Below, piece after piece: positions 23,593 to 36,204 of a stretch of DNA of 64,000 nt. The position numbers and the translations under genes were made by a program. This DNA comes from Octopus vulgaris (taxonomy: Eukaryota). The notes beneath the pieces were generated by a model that worked only from the letters and a program-made list of their open reading frames with translations, was not told where the DNA came from and ran no database searches. The stretch is from assembly GCA_951406725.2 (NCBI GenBank), contig OX597817.1, positions 21,390,001 to 21,454,000 of the forward strand, read 5' to 3'. Numbering within the stretch: position 1 is the first letter of the stretch; every line of letters starts with the position of its first letter.

Positions 23593-24791
23593 ATGGGTTA
23601 AGATATTCTTACATATGTAGAGATGTACATATACATAAAACTTTATATATTTTTGTTTTTCCTTTACTTTTCTTAGGACGAATGAAAAGCTTTGTATAGT
23701 GGTGGATAGTGTTTAATGTTACATCAATATCAATAAAATTGCCGACTGTTTAGTCATACCACCGCAGGCAACAAAGCTGAAATAGTTCACACATATTAAA
23801 ACATTCTCTTGCTTCGCAGTCAATGACCGAAATGTCACATATCAAATATACAGAGTTTAACTAATATATATAATGTTCATATATTCGCTAATGAAATGAG
23901 AATCTCGACATTCTTAATAACAGACGGTTGATCGTACCTTACCGTAAAAGCCCACATATTTTGTGGGATATTTTATAATATTAATTCTATGTTTTAGACG
24001 TCCTGTATTATACATCATCTTCTGCGGAGTGTGTACTAAAATATTTGTTGATATATTTTTTTAATATGGCATCTAGCTTTGTAGTGTGATAAACCAACAC
24101 ATTATTTTTACGGTTAGATAAATGTTTATTATGTGCTATTGTAGAACACTTGATATTACAAAATGCTTCAATAATAGAAACCTTTTGAATGGTCAGCAAA
24201 AATACTGTGCTTCCATATTAATTTTTTCTCTAATGGGCACTTAAAATGTACCTTGTAAAATTTACTTGTGATTTTATATTGTAAATCAAACACTGTTTAC
24301 TTACATAAAACTGGTCAAACAAGTAATTTTACTTGGTCCACTGCTATGTAGGTTTGGTTTATTATATATCTATATAAAATTTACTAATTTGTGGCTAGCA
24401 CCATGGAAACGGGATAAATTTCTGGAAATTCCGGTTAAGGAAAAATTCATAATTTTCAGATTATAGCGATTCATATCGTCAAAGTCCCTACTTCCGAATA
24501 CCTGACGCAACGGTCCCAGGAAAATCAGTATCGTATTTCCATATTGATTCCTAATGATTTCTTACCTACGAACTTTTCATAGTTAAACATTATAACTGTA
24601 CATTTCTTAACTAACTTTATACATCTGAGCCCCGCTCCCAAGCATTGTAAATCTGATATGGGGGTTTCCCGTTGCATACTATTGCTGAGACAAGTATTTA
24701 TTGTTTCAAACTACATAAATAGTCAAGTGTAACGGCTACAAATGGGATAAGCGATCATATGTTCAGCAAAGAAAATAAAAAATTATATAAG

Positions 24792-24955
24792 TCGGTGAAC
24801 CAGCAGAATCGTTACTGCGTTTGCTAAAATACCTAACATTATTGACACTCCATTTCCAAATGCCGTTGAGGCTAATTTTGTGTGTCTTTCATCCTTTGAG
24901 ATCGCATAAAATTAAGTGCCGATCAAATACTGAGGTCAATGTGATCGACTAAACG
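24792..24955 (+). mobile_element. SINE family D, degraded
   Basis: GGTGAACCAGCAGAATCGTTA..TCTTTCATCCTTTGAGATCG..GAGGTCAATGTGATCGACT matches the family-D copies at 2088 and 57309. Confidence 0.65.
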
Positions 24956-26198
24956 CATCGTTATTCTAAGTGGATGTAGGATATGTGTATATAATATGTG
25001 TAAATATGATCGCATATGTGTGTGATGATTCTTCAGTTCAGTGGGTGCAGCTGCTTTATTTCGAACACAGGCTTGGTAAAATCAGATGTACGTCAAAAGA
25101 AAACCAATCGAATACACCTAGTGACATCAAAACTTTCACATTACACAACCAAAGGGGCGCACCTATAATGTCTTTGAGAAACTAAATTTGACGATCTTTT
25201 CATCTCATCTATAATTCTCTTCAGTTTTAGTTTGAGGAATACTTTCTCTTAAATTATTGTTAGCTATAACGTTGACGTCATGTATATATTTTAGTATTAT
25301 ATGTGCTTATGTTGCCTTATTCGTTCTATTACTATGAGGAGCTATCGAAATGATGGCGAGAGGATTTTGATGCATTATGATTGTTATTCCTTAGCCATTT
25401 TTTAAAGCTGTTTGAGTAAATATGAGATCTAATACGTTCCAGTTAAGACCACCTGGTTTTGGTAATGGCATCTCGGATTAGACGGTTATTTTCTTCTATG
25501 TATAAGTAAATGAAATTATGTTTTGAATAAGAAGCACTTCTATTGATTTCTTATCAGGTGACGATATAGAGACCCTCTCATTGGTTGGATATATGACTGG
25601 AGTTGTTTTAAAGTTAATTTTAAACACACGGAAAAAAACCGTTAAATTTATACGAGGTTAAACAAGAAAGCTAAATTTAAACCATTTTAAGCAAAACTAC
25701 TCAATTGTAACTAGTTTAACTACAAGAAAAACAGCAAGATGGAAACTAAATTAAACAAAACTACTCAATGTTCAGTTTCTGTTATTTTCCTTTATCTTAA
25801 TTTGAAAGAAAAACATCACAGTTGATTTTTCTCATATTATGTTAAACAGACACACAACAAAATATTTTATTTTTATATCCGCTCTCCATTGCTTAGCCGA
25901 GAATCGGGTGTGTTATCATGACAATCACACGTTTTCCGGCTTAGATAATCAGAGTTCAGATTAGAACTTTTGCAATTAATCATATCAAGAAGTAAATATA
26001 TTGTGTGGAGGTAAACCCTACGAATTTGGCTTGAAGGCTTTCCATATTGACTGCTACGTAATTTGTTACGGTGTAATTTGTTTCGGTTACAGAGAGTCTA
26101 TGTAGGTTATTTGTAATTATAAATTCCAGAGGAACAGAAGCACGGGTAGTAAACCTCTGTGGACTAGAAGTTGCTGAACGTTGGTGATTGAGACTTAC

Positions 26199-26442
26199 CT
26201 ACTTGCTGTGTTGTAATACAGCCTTGGGTTGTTGTTGTAGTAGTAGTAGTGACAGCAGCAGCAGCCGCCGCAGCACAAGCATTTGTAGTAGTAGCACTGC
26301 TGTAGTTGTTAAAGCTGGTCCATAATGCATCCTTATTTCATTCTCATTCTTTATGACGTGAGCAGCAATGTGCAACGATGAAAGATAACATGGCCTGCAT
26401 AGTTGTTGGAGTGCAGCTTTAGCTGTATTGTAAGAATTGATT
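26199..26442 (-). other. Candidate host exon (5' UTR or signal-peptide-coding)
   Basis: Acceptor TTATTCCTATGTTCAG before 26442; consensus donor AG|GTAAGT after 26199, with an overlapping GTAGGT 4 nt upstream. One frame is open across the exon and ends MLVLRRLLLLSLLLLQQQPKAVLQHSK. No homology recognised. Confidence 0.3.
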
Positions 26443-28079
26443 CTGAACATAGGAATAACAAATATCGTGAAACTAGAAAGTTTTACCTGCTTTATATTCA
26501 AGTCTCTTGGTAAAGTACAGTAATATAACTATATTAGGAATAATGGATCTGTTTTTACTTTACCTATTGGGGCATGTAGTTAAGTAGTATCGCACAAGAG
26601 GCTGAGGCGTAATATAGATTGAGTCGAGCGTGTCAAATGAAATTGGATGAAGTTTATAAGCAGAGATCAGCTCCATGCCAAAATGAGTTTGCTGCATTTG
26701 AAGTAAAAAATTAAGCGAGACTTTAGTGAGTCTGAAGTAATTCAACGTGTATCGAAATGCCAATGAGTTTGTTTAACTGAAAACTTGTTCCGGGGTCTCT
26801 GTATTGTTTAGTATATATGAGAGCACTCACTTTCCTATAATATGGCAATATTATAGCAAGTAGCTTTAGCCAATGAACGAAATAAACTCAACATTACAAG
26901 CTCAGGATATGGTTTGTCAATTGTACGTCACTGCTGTTTTCAATGTTGAATTTAGCTACATGCAGTACATAATTTGGGTAAAGTGGACATAATGTCTATA
27001 GTATAGTATAAAGTAGCATAATATAATGTAGAATAATATAAGATAATCTAATACTTCATCATAAAATTTGAGTTTTTTCTCCTACGTTTATCGCAGCGTC
27101 GGACTGATCATAGCGACATTTTCTAAATAGGTATGCTTCTGCCAAATATATTTGTATGTATAATTCATTTATGCAGTACTGAAATAATTGGATTGTCTTT
27201 CCTTTCTTTTCCACTTTGTAACATTTCAGTGGCATATTGATTTATATTGACATTGAACAAAAGATATGTTTCACTTTCGCCAAGGTAGTGTGTAATCGGC
27301 TGCTTCTGCATTTAAAATATTACTGGTACACACGATATTCACCCACAGCCAGAGAAGCAGTGAGAGTATATGAACTTTAAAGGTACGATAAAACCATAAG
27401 AAATACAAATACACACACACACTCACACACACAAACACACACACACTCATACGGAAACACATATACATATGATTTAATAAAGATGAGCAGGTTTAAACAT
27501 TGAAATTACTGTCACGCATTACCAAAATGTGCGCAATTTCAGTTACTGGTAATATGTTGTCTGACTGGGATATATATATATAATTTTCGAAATTCGCGTT
27601 ACGAAAACAACGAGGAGAAATGTTGAACGTATGATTAATATTATAAGAATGTTATATCTGATAATAATTGAACTACAAATAAAAATACAACAGATAAACT
27701 TATGCTTTGTGTGTTTCTGTAGGTATGTGTGTGTGTTTTTGTCTGTGCATCTACGTATGTGTCAGTTTGTAAGCGGGTTTTTTTAAATATCGTAATCATC
27801 TTTCCATTGTTCTATTTTGAGGTTTAGGAACGGATAATTATTGGGAACACAACACAGAAGTGAAAGTAAAACGGTAAATAAGAACGCAGTAAAATTAGCA
27901 TCCGAATTTTGACGACAGTTAATTCAATAAACAATGTATTTAGAGAATTCAGAAAATATTACAAATATATTCACACTGTATGGTATTTAGGCATTTAGAA
28001 GCTATTTCATAAAAAGTGGTAGCGAGATAATTATTTCATTTTGCACATGTATATGCAGGGATATATAAGCACTTAATTA

Positions 28080-28992
28080 TGAGGTGTAGTCAGAAAGAAT
28101 CGGGACTCGTGTTATAAATAATTAGTACACATATCATGCCCGCATTTAACCTTCTACAAAGTAGTCTCCCTCTGAAATCATGCTCTTTATCCAGCAGTGT
28201 TTCAATTGATGGAAGCATTCGCGAAACTACCTTTTGGGGAAAGTGAGTAGATGCCTCTTCACATTCTCTTCAATTTCCTCGACAGCTTGTTCCTTCAAAT
28301 GGGGTTTAATATTTGGAAAGAGGAAAATGTCGTAGGGGCGAGATGTGGAGAATATGGTGGTTTGCAGACGTGGGAAATGATCTGCTTGGCCAAAAATTGT
28401 TGCACAAGCTGCACTGATTGGGATAGCTCTTTGTCATGGTGACGTCGTCAATCAAAGGACTCCATAGCATGTCGCGGCAGTATACCGTGGTTATAGTCTG
28501 ACTAGGTGGAACATACTCATCATGAACAAAACCCTTGTACTTGAAAACATCGTCACATTACTTCGAGTCATGCGTGCTTTCTTCAGTCTCGTTGAGGCAA
28601 GGGTCTTCCAAGCAATGCTATAAAAAAAGAAACCACGAAAATAAACGAGAATATTGTGTGCGGGAACATAATGTGCGAACTTAGTATGCTCGCACGATAG
28701 AGTACAAGGTCAATCTGTACCAAATTGTTTTACTCTGAATATGTTAGCTCCGTTACCATAGAAACATTCCCTACACTTTGTTGATCGGATAACTTCAAGA
28801 AAATGCGACGAGGTAGCTGCTTAATATCCCCCCGAAAGGAATTCCAGGAATGCTTCCATCAATGGAAACGATACTGGATAAAGTGCATGGCTTCAAAGGG
28901 GGGCTATTTCAAAGGAGATTTAATGACAACTTGATATGTGTTGTAGTTTTCTTTTTATAGCACTAATCCTGATACATTTTGATCAGACCCCG
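28080..28992. mobile_element. Rearranged mariner (second family): minus-strand deleted copy fused to a plus-strand 3' end; TIRs and TA at both ends
   Basis: Left end TA-TGAGGTGTAGTCAGAAAGAATCGGGACT; right end (reverse complement) TA-CGGGGTCTGATCAAAATGTATCAGGATT. Minus strand gives PPYSPHLAP (~28332-28365) and FRECFHQLKHCWIKSMISEGDYFVEG*. Plus strand ~28839-28923 gives EFQECFHQWKRYWIKCMASKGGYFKGDL. Confidence 0.8.
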
Positions 28993-29638
28993 TATCGTAA
29001 TATTTCTGTTCTACCAATACCCCTCCCAGTCTCTCTCCATTCTTGTCACTGTAAGCGTTGTATGTGTGTGTGTGTGTGGTTGTGGGTGTGTGTGTTTGTG
29101 TGTGTCTGTGTGTCAACACAACTATGGAAAAGAAAAAAATGGGTGTAAGAATGAAGCGAATTAAAAATGATGGCTTCTAAATATTTAACGACACTTGTAT
29201 ATAGTAGCAAAACTTATATTGTTAAGGAAGATCTATTGTGTCCGACCGAATCTAAGGGAAATTGGAAACGGTAAAAACTGCTTCGTTTGCTCAAACAGGA
29301 TATTATTGATTAATCTATTTATTTCCCAGCATTCTTATTGTTGATACCGCTTTACGGTAGACTTTATCTTTCTAGTACCTACAGGCGAGGGTTAGTAGAA
29401 ATTTACTGAAGCGATCGATCGATCAATCGCACAGAATAAGAGCGTGATAGCAGTGAACAAGCTGTTTAAAGAAGTGTGCGTAGTATATATGTGTGTGCGT
29501 TCGTCTGTCTATGTATAGCTATGCAGACTGTGTGTGCTGGCTATGTATGTATGTGTTTATGTATGTATGTGTGTATGTGTGTGTGTGTCTGTCTGTCTGT
29601 GTATCTATCTAGGTATCACTCTGTATATCTATCTATCT

Positions 29639-29672
<34 letters not shown>

Positions 29673-29929
29673 ATACATACACGTATTCACATGTATATAA
29701 TTGTATAAGCAATATTTATGCACACACACACACACACACACATACACATATAAATGTACATAGACTTAAGCAGTTATATGCTAATAAGCGAATACGTAAA
29801 TATATGTTTATTATATATCTATTGTTGTATTTATATTTAGTTTGTATGCGTCAGTGCGTATATGTGTCGGTTTACAAAGGCAGAGACCTCTGGACAGAAA
29901 TATAGACAGCCACAAAATTGCTTATTCAG

Positions 29930-30010
<81 letters not shown>

Positions 30011-30125
30011 AAGAGAGAGGGATATAGAAAGAGAGAAGGAGAAAGAAAGACAGAGGGAGACTGAGAGAGAAGGGAAGAGGGGTGATATATAGAGAGAAAG
30101 GGAGAGAGGAAAAGATAGAGGTAGA
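29930..30125. repeat. (TA)n followed by GA-rich simple repeat
   Basis: Seen directly in the sequence. Confidence 0.95.
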
Positions 30126-30378
30126 AACACAGACGGATAGCCTGTCTTTCACAACTCCATCACTCTCCCTCTCTATCTTCCTCTCTATATCCCTTCCCAC
30201 CACTCTCTCTTTCTCTGCATATACATATAGGTAAATAACTCTACACATACCAGCACACACACGATCGCACAAACACACACACTAGCACGCACGCACGCAC
30301 GCACACGCACACATGTAAGGGTCTTACATTCATACATACGTAAATGCGTACACATGAATAAATTCTTATGGATATATA

Positions 30379-30792
30379 GGCGCAGGAGTGGCTGTGTGGT
30401 AAGTAGCTTGCTAACCAACCACACGGTTCCGGGTTTAGTCCCACTGCGTGGCATCTTGGGCAAGTGTCTTCTGCTTTAGCCCCGGGCCGACCAATGCCTT
30501 GTGAGTGGATTTGGTAGACGGAAACTGAAAGAAGCCTGTCGTATATATGTATATATATGTATATATGTGTATGTTTGTGTGTGTGAGTTTGTCCCCCTAG
30601 CATTGCTTGACAACCGATGCTGGTGTGTTTACGCCCCCGTCACTGAGCGGTTCGGCAAAAAGAGACCGATAGAATAAGTACTGGGCTTACATAGAATAAG
30701 TCCCGGGGTCGATTTGCTCGACTAAAGGCGGTGCTCCAGCATGACCGCAGTCAAATGACTGAAACAAGTAAAAGAGTAAAAGAGTAAAAGAG
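30379..30792 (+). mobile_element. SINE family A, full length, plus strand
   Basis: GGCGCAGGAGTGGCTGTGTGGTAAG head through the (AGTAAAAG)n tail; reverse complement of the copies at 1666, 19545 and 42044. Confidence 0.93.
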
Positions 30793-31207
30793 AGATATAA
30801 ATCCTACGCTTTTCTATTCCTGAGGAAGTACATTTTTCTTGCAAAATAGCTGTGCAACATACGTACAGCCTGAAACTTCATGAACACGCGTACTACAGCA
30901 GCAAATTTCCCAGTGCCGAATAGTTATTAAACACACCATCTTTGACCTCATTATTTTTAAAAATATTCTCCCTCGGTATTTTAGCAACTAATCAAAACTT
31001 CTAATCATTCGGTTACTGTTGAATTATGCACAAAATTATACAGAAGAAGGCATAACATACATACTAAATAAGCGAAAACCAAAAGGTGTATTACATATTT
31101 ATTGATACAAACGAATAATTTGTAGACTGAAAGAGAATATTATCTTATTGTATTAACTTTACAGTCTAGGTAATTTGTATTATTGGTTGAGAAATATATC
31201 AAATTTT

Positions 31208-31545
31208 CAGGCATGATTGTGAGGCGAAGAAGCTGACCTTCAAACCACAAGACTTGTGTTCAGCTCCAAAGCGCAGCACCTTCGGCATGTGTTTATACTG
31301 TAGCCCGGGGACGACCAGGGCCTTTTTCATTGTGTGCAATAGAATGGATGTGAAAGAACATATGTTATGTGGGTGTTTCTGTGTGGCTGGGCGCGCGCGC
31401 GGCTGTGTGAGTGTACGCGCATGCGCGTGTCTTTTTCTTCTTTGTGTTTTTTCCTCCATCACTGTTTCACAACCTGTTTTCGTTCAGCAGGTTTGCGTAT
31501 CCGTAACTACAAAATTTAAAACACATATGCACTGGGGTCAATTCA
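31208..31545 (+). mobile_element. Old, degraded SINE family A-like copy
   Basis: CAGGCATGATTGTGAGGCGAAGAAGCT..GCAGCACCTTCGGCATGTGTTTATACTGTAGCCCGGGACGACCAGGGCCTT aligns to the family-A head; weaker matches (CCGTAACT, CTGGGGTCAATT) lie downstream. Confidence 0.55.
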
Positions 31546-31603
31546 TTGCACGAAATCCTCCCATGACTGCTACTCAAAAATTGCAGAAGGTATAAGAATA
31601 AGG

Positions 31604-31642
<39 letters not shown>

Positions 31643-31674
31643 TTTATTTAAAGCAGCAGAAAATTCAACAAAAC

Positions 31675-31712
31675 CTGTTACTCTGAGTTTCACGTTCCCA
31701 TTCGTGGGACAG
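31675..31712 (-). ncRNA. Degenerate minimal hammerhead motif in an ~85-bp cassette inserted in (TA)n
   Basis: Minus strand: CTGT / CCCACGA / ATG-GGAA-CGT / GAAA / CTC-A-GAG / TA / ACAG; stem I extends through AAAA/TTTT. The core carries two substitutions relative to CUGANGA. Confidence 0.5.
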
Positions 31713-31884
31713 TTTTTGCTAGAATCTATATATATATATATATATATATATAATGTGTGTGTGTGTGAGAATGAGTTTTAATACAAATTTCTGAACCAAT
31801 AATATCCAGTTTCACTATGTATCCCAGCGTAAAGGAGTACTGCTTAATTTCACTTTTATAAGGTTCACTATAAGTGTTTATGTT

Positions 31885-31888
<4 letters not shown>

Positions 31889-31948
<60 letters not shown>
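31889..31948. repeat. (TG)n microsatellite
   Basis: Seen directly in the sequence. Confidence 0.97.
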
Positions 31949-31949
<1 letters not shown>

Positions 31950-32316
31950 TGCATGTGTGTGTATATGTGTTGTATGAGCACGCACGTGTTACTATTTCCC
32001 TGCATGAGTAGTTTGTATAATTGATGTTATATGTCTGGTGCAAACATACTTCTTAATAGTAGCAGGTTTATTATGTATTAATAATTAATTTGTATTCCAA
32101 TTCTTCACTTTGAAGTGTGACTTTTATACATTCAAACATACATTATTTATTTGGAATTGTTCGGGAGTTGTTGGAAGAAAAATATTATTATATTTCTGAT
32201 GATGCCTGTATGATTGTGTCAAGCGGTATCCTTACGCTTTTATGGAGTATGAGTAGACGCAAGCGCACTCTCGAATTGATTTCAGAATGACTGTTCAATT
32301 TCCAATTCACCTTCTT

Positions 32317-32357
32317 TAATAATAATAATGATGATGATGATAATAATAATAATAATC

Positions 32358-32421
<64 letters not shown>
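32317..32421. repeat. (AAT)n/(GAT)n trinucleotide microsatellite
   Basis: Seen directly in the sequence. Confidence 0.97.
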
Positions 32422-32423
<2 letters not shown>

Positions 32424-34234
32424 TCAACGTTTGAATCGAAACAAATGTTTAACATTAAATGATTTTTCAAATTGTCACATGATACCCAAGTGCTTATAAA
32501 TGGAAATATATGAAATATTTTAAATTGCAAGTCTTTATGAAGGGAAAAATCTGGCATTCATTTCATCCGAGAGGAAGAATTCCTGAGGTTACCGTGGTCT
32601 TTTCTGTAGGCTTTTCTTTCCACAGATAAACCTTATCTGCTTCCCCCTTTACACTTTACATCATGACATTTCTGTGATACACGATCCCTATTGATCGTTT
32701 TGTTTTCTTTCTTTTTTACGATCTCTTTTGATCGAAAACCTACCCCACTTTTTTTTTTCACCCCAAAAAGAAAAGCTCTACTTTGTAATTTGTCCCGTCA
32801 GTATTCAGCACTGTGTGGCTAATAAAGAAACATATATAATTATTTACATCATGATTAATTATAATATCATGAAAATATCTCCATAAATTATTATGATAAT
32901 TGATGAAACCTATGCTAGTATAATATTGTCCAAAAATAGTTATCCGTCTGTTCCAAATCTAAACCGTGCATAATTTTTTGAAGTTAAACATGGCAGAATC
33001 AACTAAATAAGTGCAGCCCCTACTTTGCAAAGGCAAAGAAAAATAATACTAATAAACGGTTTAATGTTTTTCAATTGTTAATGCATATTTTCAGTTATTT
33101 TCTTTTACCTACGTTGAATATTACGCCACGAAGTTGACTGTTATTCCTAAGAAAATGTTTCGTTTTTTTCTCGTTCATCATTGTGTTATACTAGCGTCGC
33201 TTTGAGAGCGAATGCCGACACTGTCAACGAATGTATATACATCCATTTATACACACACACACCCACACATACTCACTGTTCGGATGTCTCTACTCTCTCG
33301 ACTATTCTAATCTAGTCTCAAGTCTCCGACGTCTAGACTTTTCACTCTATATCTGCGTATTAGGCTAGTGTACTTCATCGTCTGGGGGCGTCGACACAAC
33401 ACAACACACACACACATACATACACATATATATATGTATATATGTATATACATATAATGCACAGATATATTATGAAGTTATGTATATGAGTGTGTGTGTG
33501 GAAGCATATGCGCGCGCGACCGTTTTGGTGCGATTGTCTGCAGCCGTAGACAATTTCGATATTTTGAGTAGCTTTTGCCGCCAATCATCTAAGTAGATAT
33601 GATAATTGACAAACGGCTAACGCTCTATTTATGTCGTATTATGGTCAAACACTCTCGATTTGCAAAGATTTCTGTTGGTACTGATGACAGAAAATTTTAC
33701 TACTATATAAACAGGTTATTTAATTATTTCGATACGAAGAATTTACTCCGCCTTCTACGTAGGGTATCATTTATATCTCATTAACTAGATATTATAGAAA
33801 ATTAGTTAAACACTGGCATTATGAAACCTTACGCTTCTTGTAGTAATATGTTTGTGTTACATAATTTACTTGGTTTTGTTTGAAAGCTCGCAATAGAACA
33901 TCTATTCAAAAGAATACGTTAAAACACAGATTAAACCAAAACATCTAAGACATGTAAAAACGAGTTATTAGATTATAAATCTACTGTAACAAATCAAGCG
34001 TAATCATCCTGTAATGTAATTAATAATCATTGAAGTATATCTTAATCAAAATGATACAGCAGCATATGTCCATAGTATATATCAGAATACGAAAATATAA
34101 AATATATTTATCTGATTTCACAATCGCATTAATACAATATAATATTTTACACAATAAAACAAAAACAATAAAAAAAACGGCCCGCAGAAACGATAATCAG
34201 TTCGAAGCCTAATACGTTTATTAATGCGTATACA

Positions 34235-34286
<52 letters not shown>

Positions 34287-34314
34287 CATGTATGAATATA
34301 TTTATATAAATGTG

Positions 34315-34364
<50 letters not shown>

Positions 34365-35078
34365 CACACATACACACACACATATATATATATATATATG
34401 AAATATGGAATATGAAAACAATATCGATTTCGTGTACAGTTACACAAACATATTTCATAGATACGTAAACTAACCATATGCATGCACAAACACACCCACA
34501 TACATACATGTATACATACATGCATACGTGCATGCATGCATGCATACACACACAAACACAAACACACACACACACATATATATATATATGTCAGTATAAT
34601 TGTGAATGCGTACGTATGTCCTGAAAACTTTTATATTTACATTATTTTTCATTTCCTGAAATATGTAATTATTTTATCCATTTCACGCTTCTTAAACGTT
34701 GAACTTATCTCGCATAATTTTCAAATCTGATTAGATAATGATTTTAATTTATTTTGATTTTCTTTTTGAAATATTTTTCTTTTTGAAAAAAATTCATGTG
34801 TTTTGTTTTTTTTTACTTAATGCAATTTATTAATATATTTATGCTTGGAATATATTTATATATTAAATTATAAAGATTTAATTCACTTTATAGCTGAAAT
34901 TACGACTACGCATCAAAATATCAAAATATTGTAAAAAAGTGTTAGAGCAAAATTTTTCCCAAAAGTTATTTAGTCGCCATTGAATGTGTGTGTATGTGTT
35001 AGTGTGCATGCTTATGTATGTCTGAGGAAAGTGTTTGTATGCATGTATATATATAAGCGTATGCATTTATATTGATGA

Positions 35079-35123
<45 letters not shown>

Positions 35124-36007
35124 TAAACACATATTCATATATATATTTACAATGATACATATATAAATATACATATATAAATATATATATATATATATAT
35201 ACATACATACACATATATTCACACACATTTTGATTTTATGCCATTATAAATAATGTTGTATTAAGCTGAAGGATTACTCAATACAGCTGTTAACGTACAA
35301 ATTTATTATTCTTCAACAAGAATATTATTGACAAATGTAAACAGGACATCAACATGCACAACATAATTGAGCACACATTGATTAGGAAAATCTGTATGAT
35401 TCAAATTTCAACTCATATACATTCTAAACCCGTAGATACCAAAATTCCTCTGTGTAGATAACTTCACATATTTAATAATTATTTGTCAGCTAATTACTGG
35501 TCAGTTAATAGTTTCATTTTCTTGTTTTGATGTCAACAATTTTTTTTCAATCAGGACAAATATTAACACCATAGTTGAGGAACTTGAAATATCACTACTA
35601 GATGAATGGAATGAAGTTGGAGGAAATGTATACATATTCTCCGTTAGGATCCACATTTCTGGCATCCTACGTCCCCAGTGTTGACCATAAACAAAGTGGT
35701 ACCAACGTATTTAATGCATAGTAGGTAATAAAGGCAATAAGTTCATGAAAATAGTCAGAGCAAAAAACTCACGAAACAAATAATAGAACTCTATGAAATA
35801 TCCCTGCTTTGGCATTCAAGATTAGAGATAAAAGTCTAATCAATATACGTGATGATCACACGTTCAAAATTTAACGTTCAAATAGACAATAATGAATAAG
35901 TCACCAAAATGCATGACATGAAAATAATCATAGTCGATACAAAATTTAATTAGTATATATCCCTACTTAGATGAACGCTTATATTATTTTCTATAAATCT
36001 GATACAA

Positions 36008-36103
36008 GATAAATATTTCCAAACAATAAATGAAATACCAATCAAATATTCGGACAAGCGAATATTTGATTGGCGTTTCATTTATTGTTTGGAAATATTT
36101 ATC
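36008..36103. repeat. Near-perfect inverted repeat with 45-bp arms and a 6-nt loop
   Basis: 36008-36052 is the reverse complement of 36059-36103 except for two adjacent positions (TA vs CG); the loop is GACAAG. Confidence 0.95.
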
Positions 36104-36159
36104 CTTTCGGATAATATATTAATATAAATATTTATCCTTTGGGATATAAAAATATAAAT

Positions 36160-36204
<45 letters not shown>

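Noticed and set aside
25273-25280. Perfect CRE palindrome TGACGTCA
   Set aside because: A single 8-mer in 64 kb is compatible with chance and has no supporting context.
32530-32600. CTTTATGAAGGGAA..TTCCTGAGG, a possible decayed hammerhead
   Set aside because: Both core boxes are mutated and no stem I or III can be drawn; not supportable without a family consensus.
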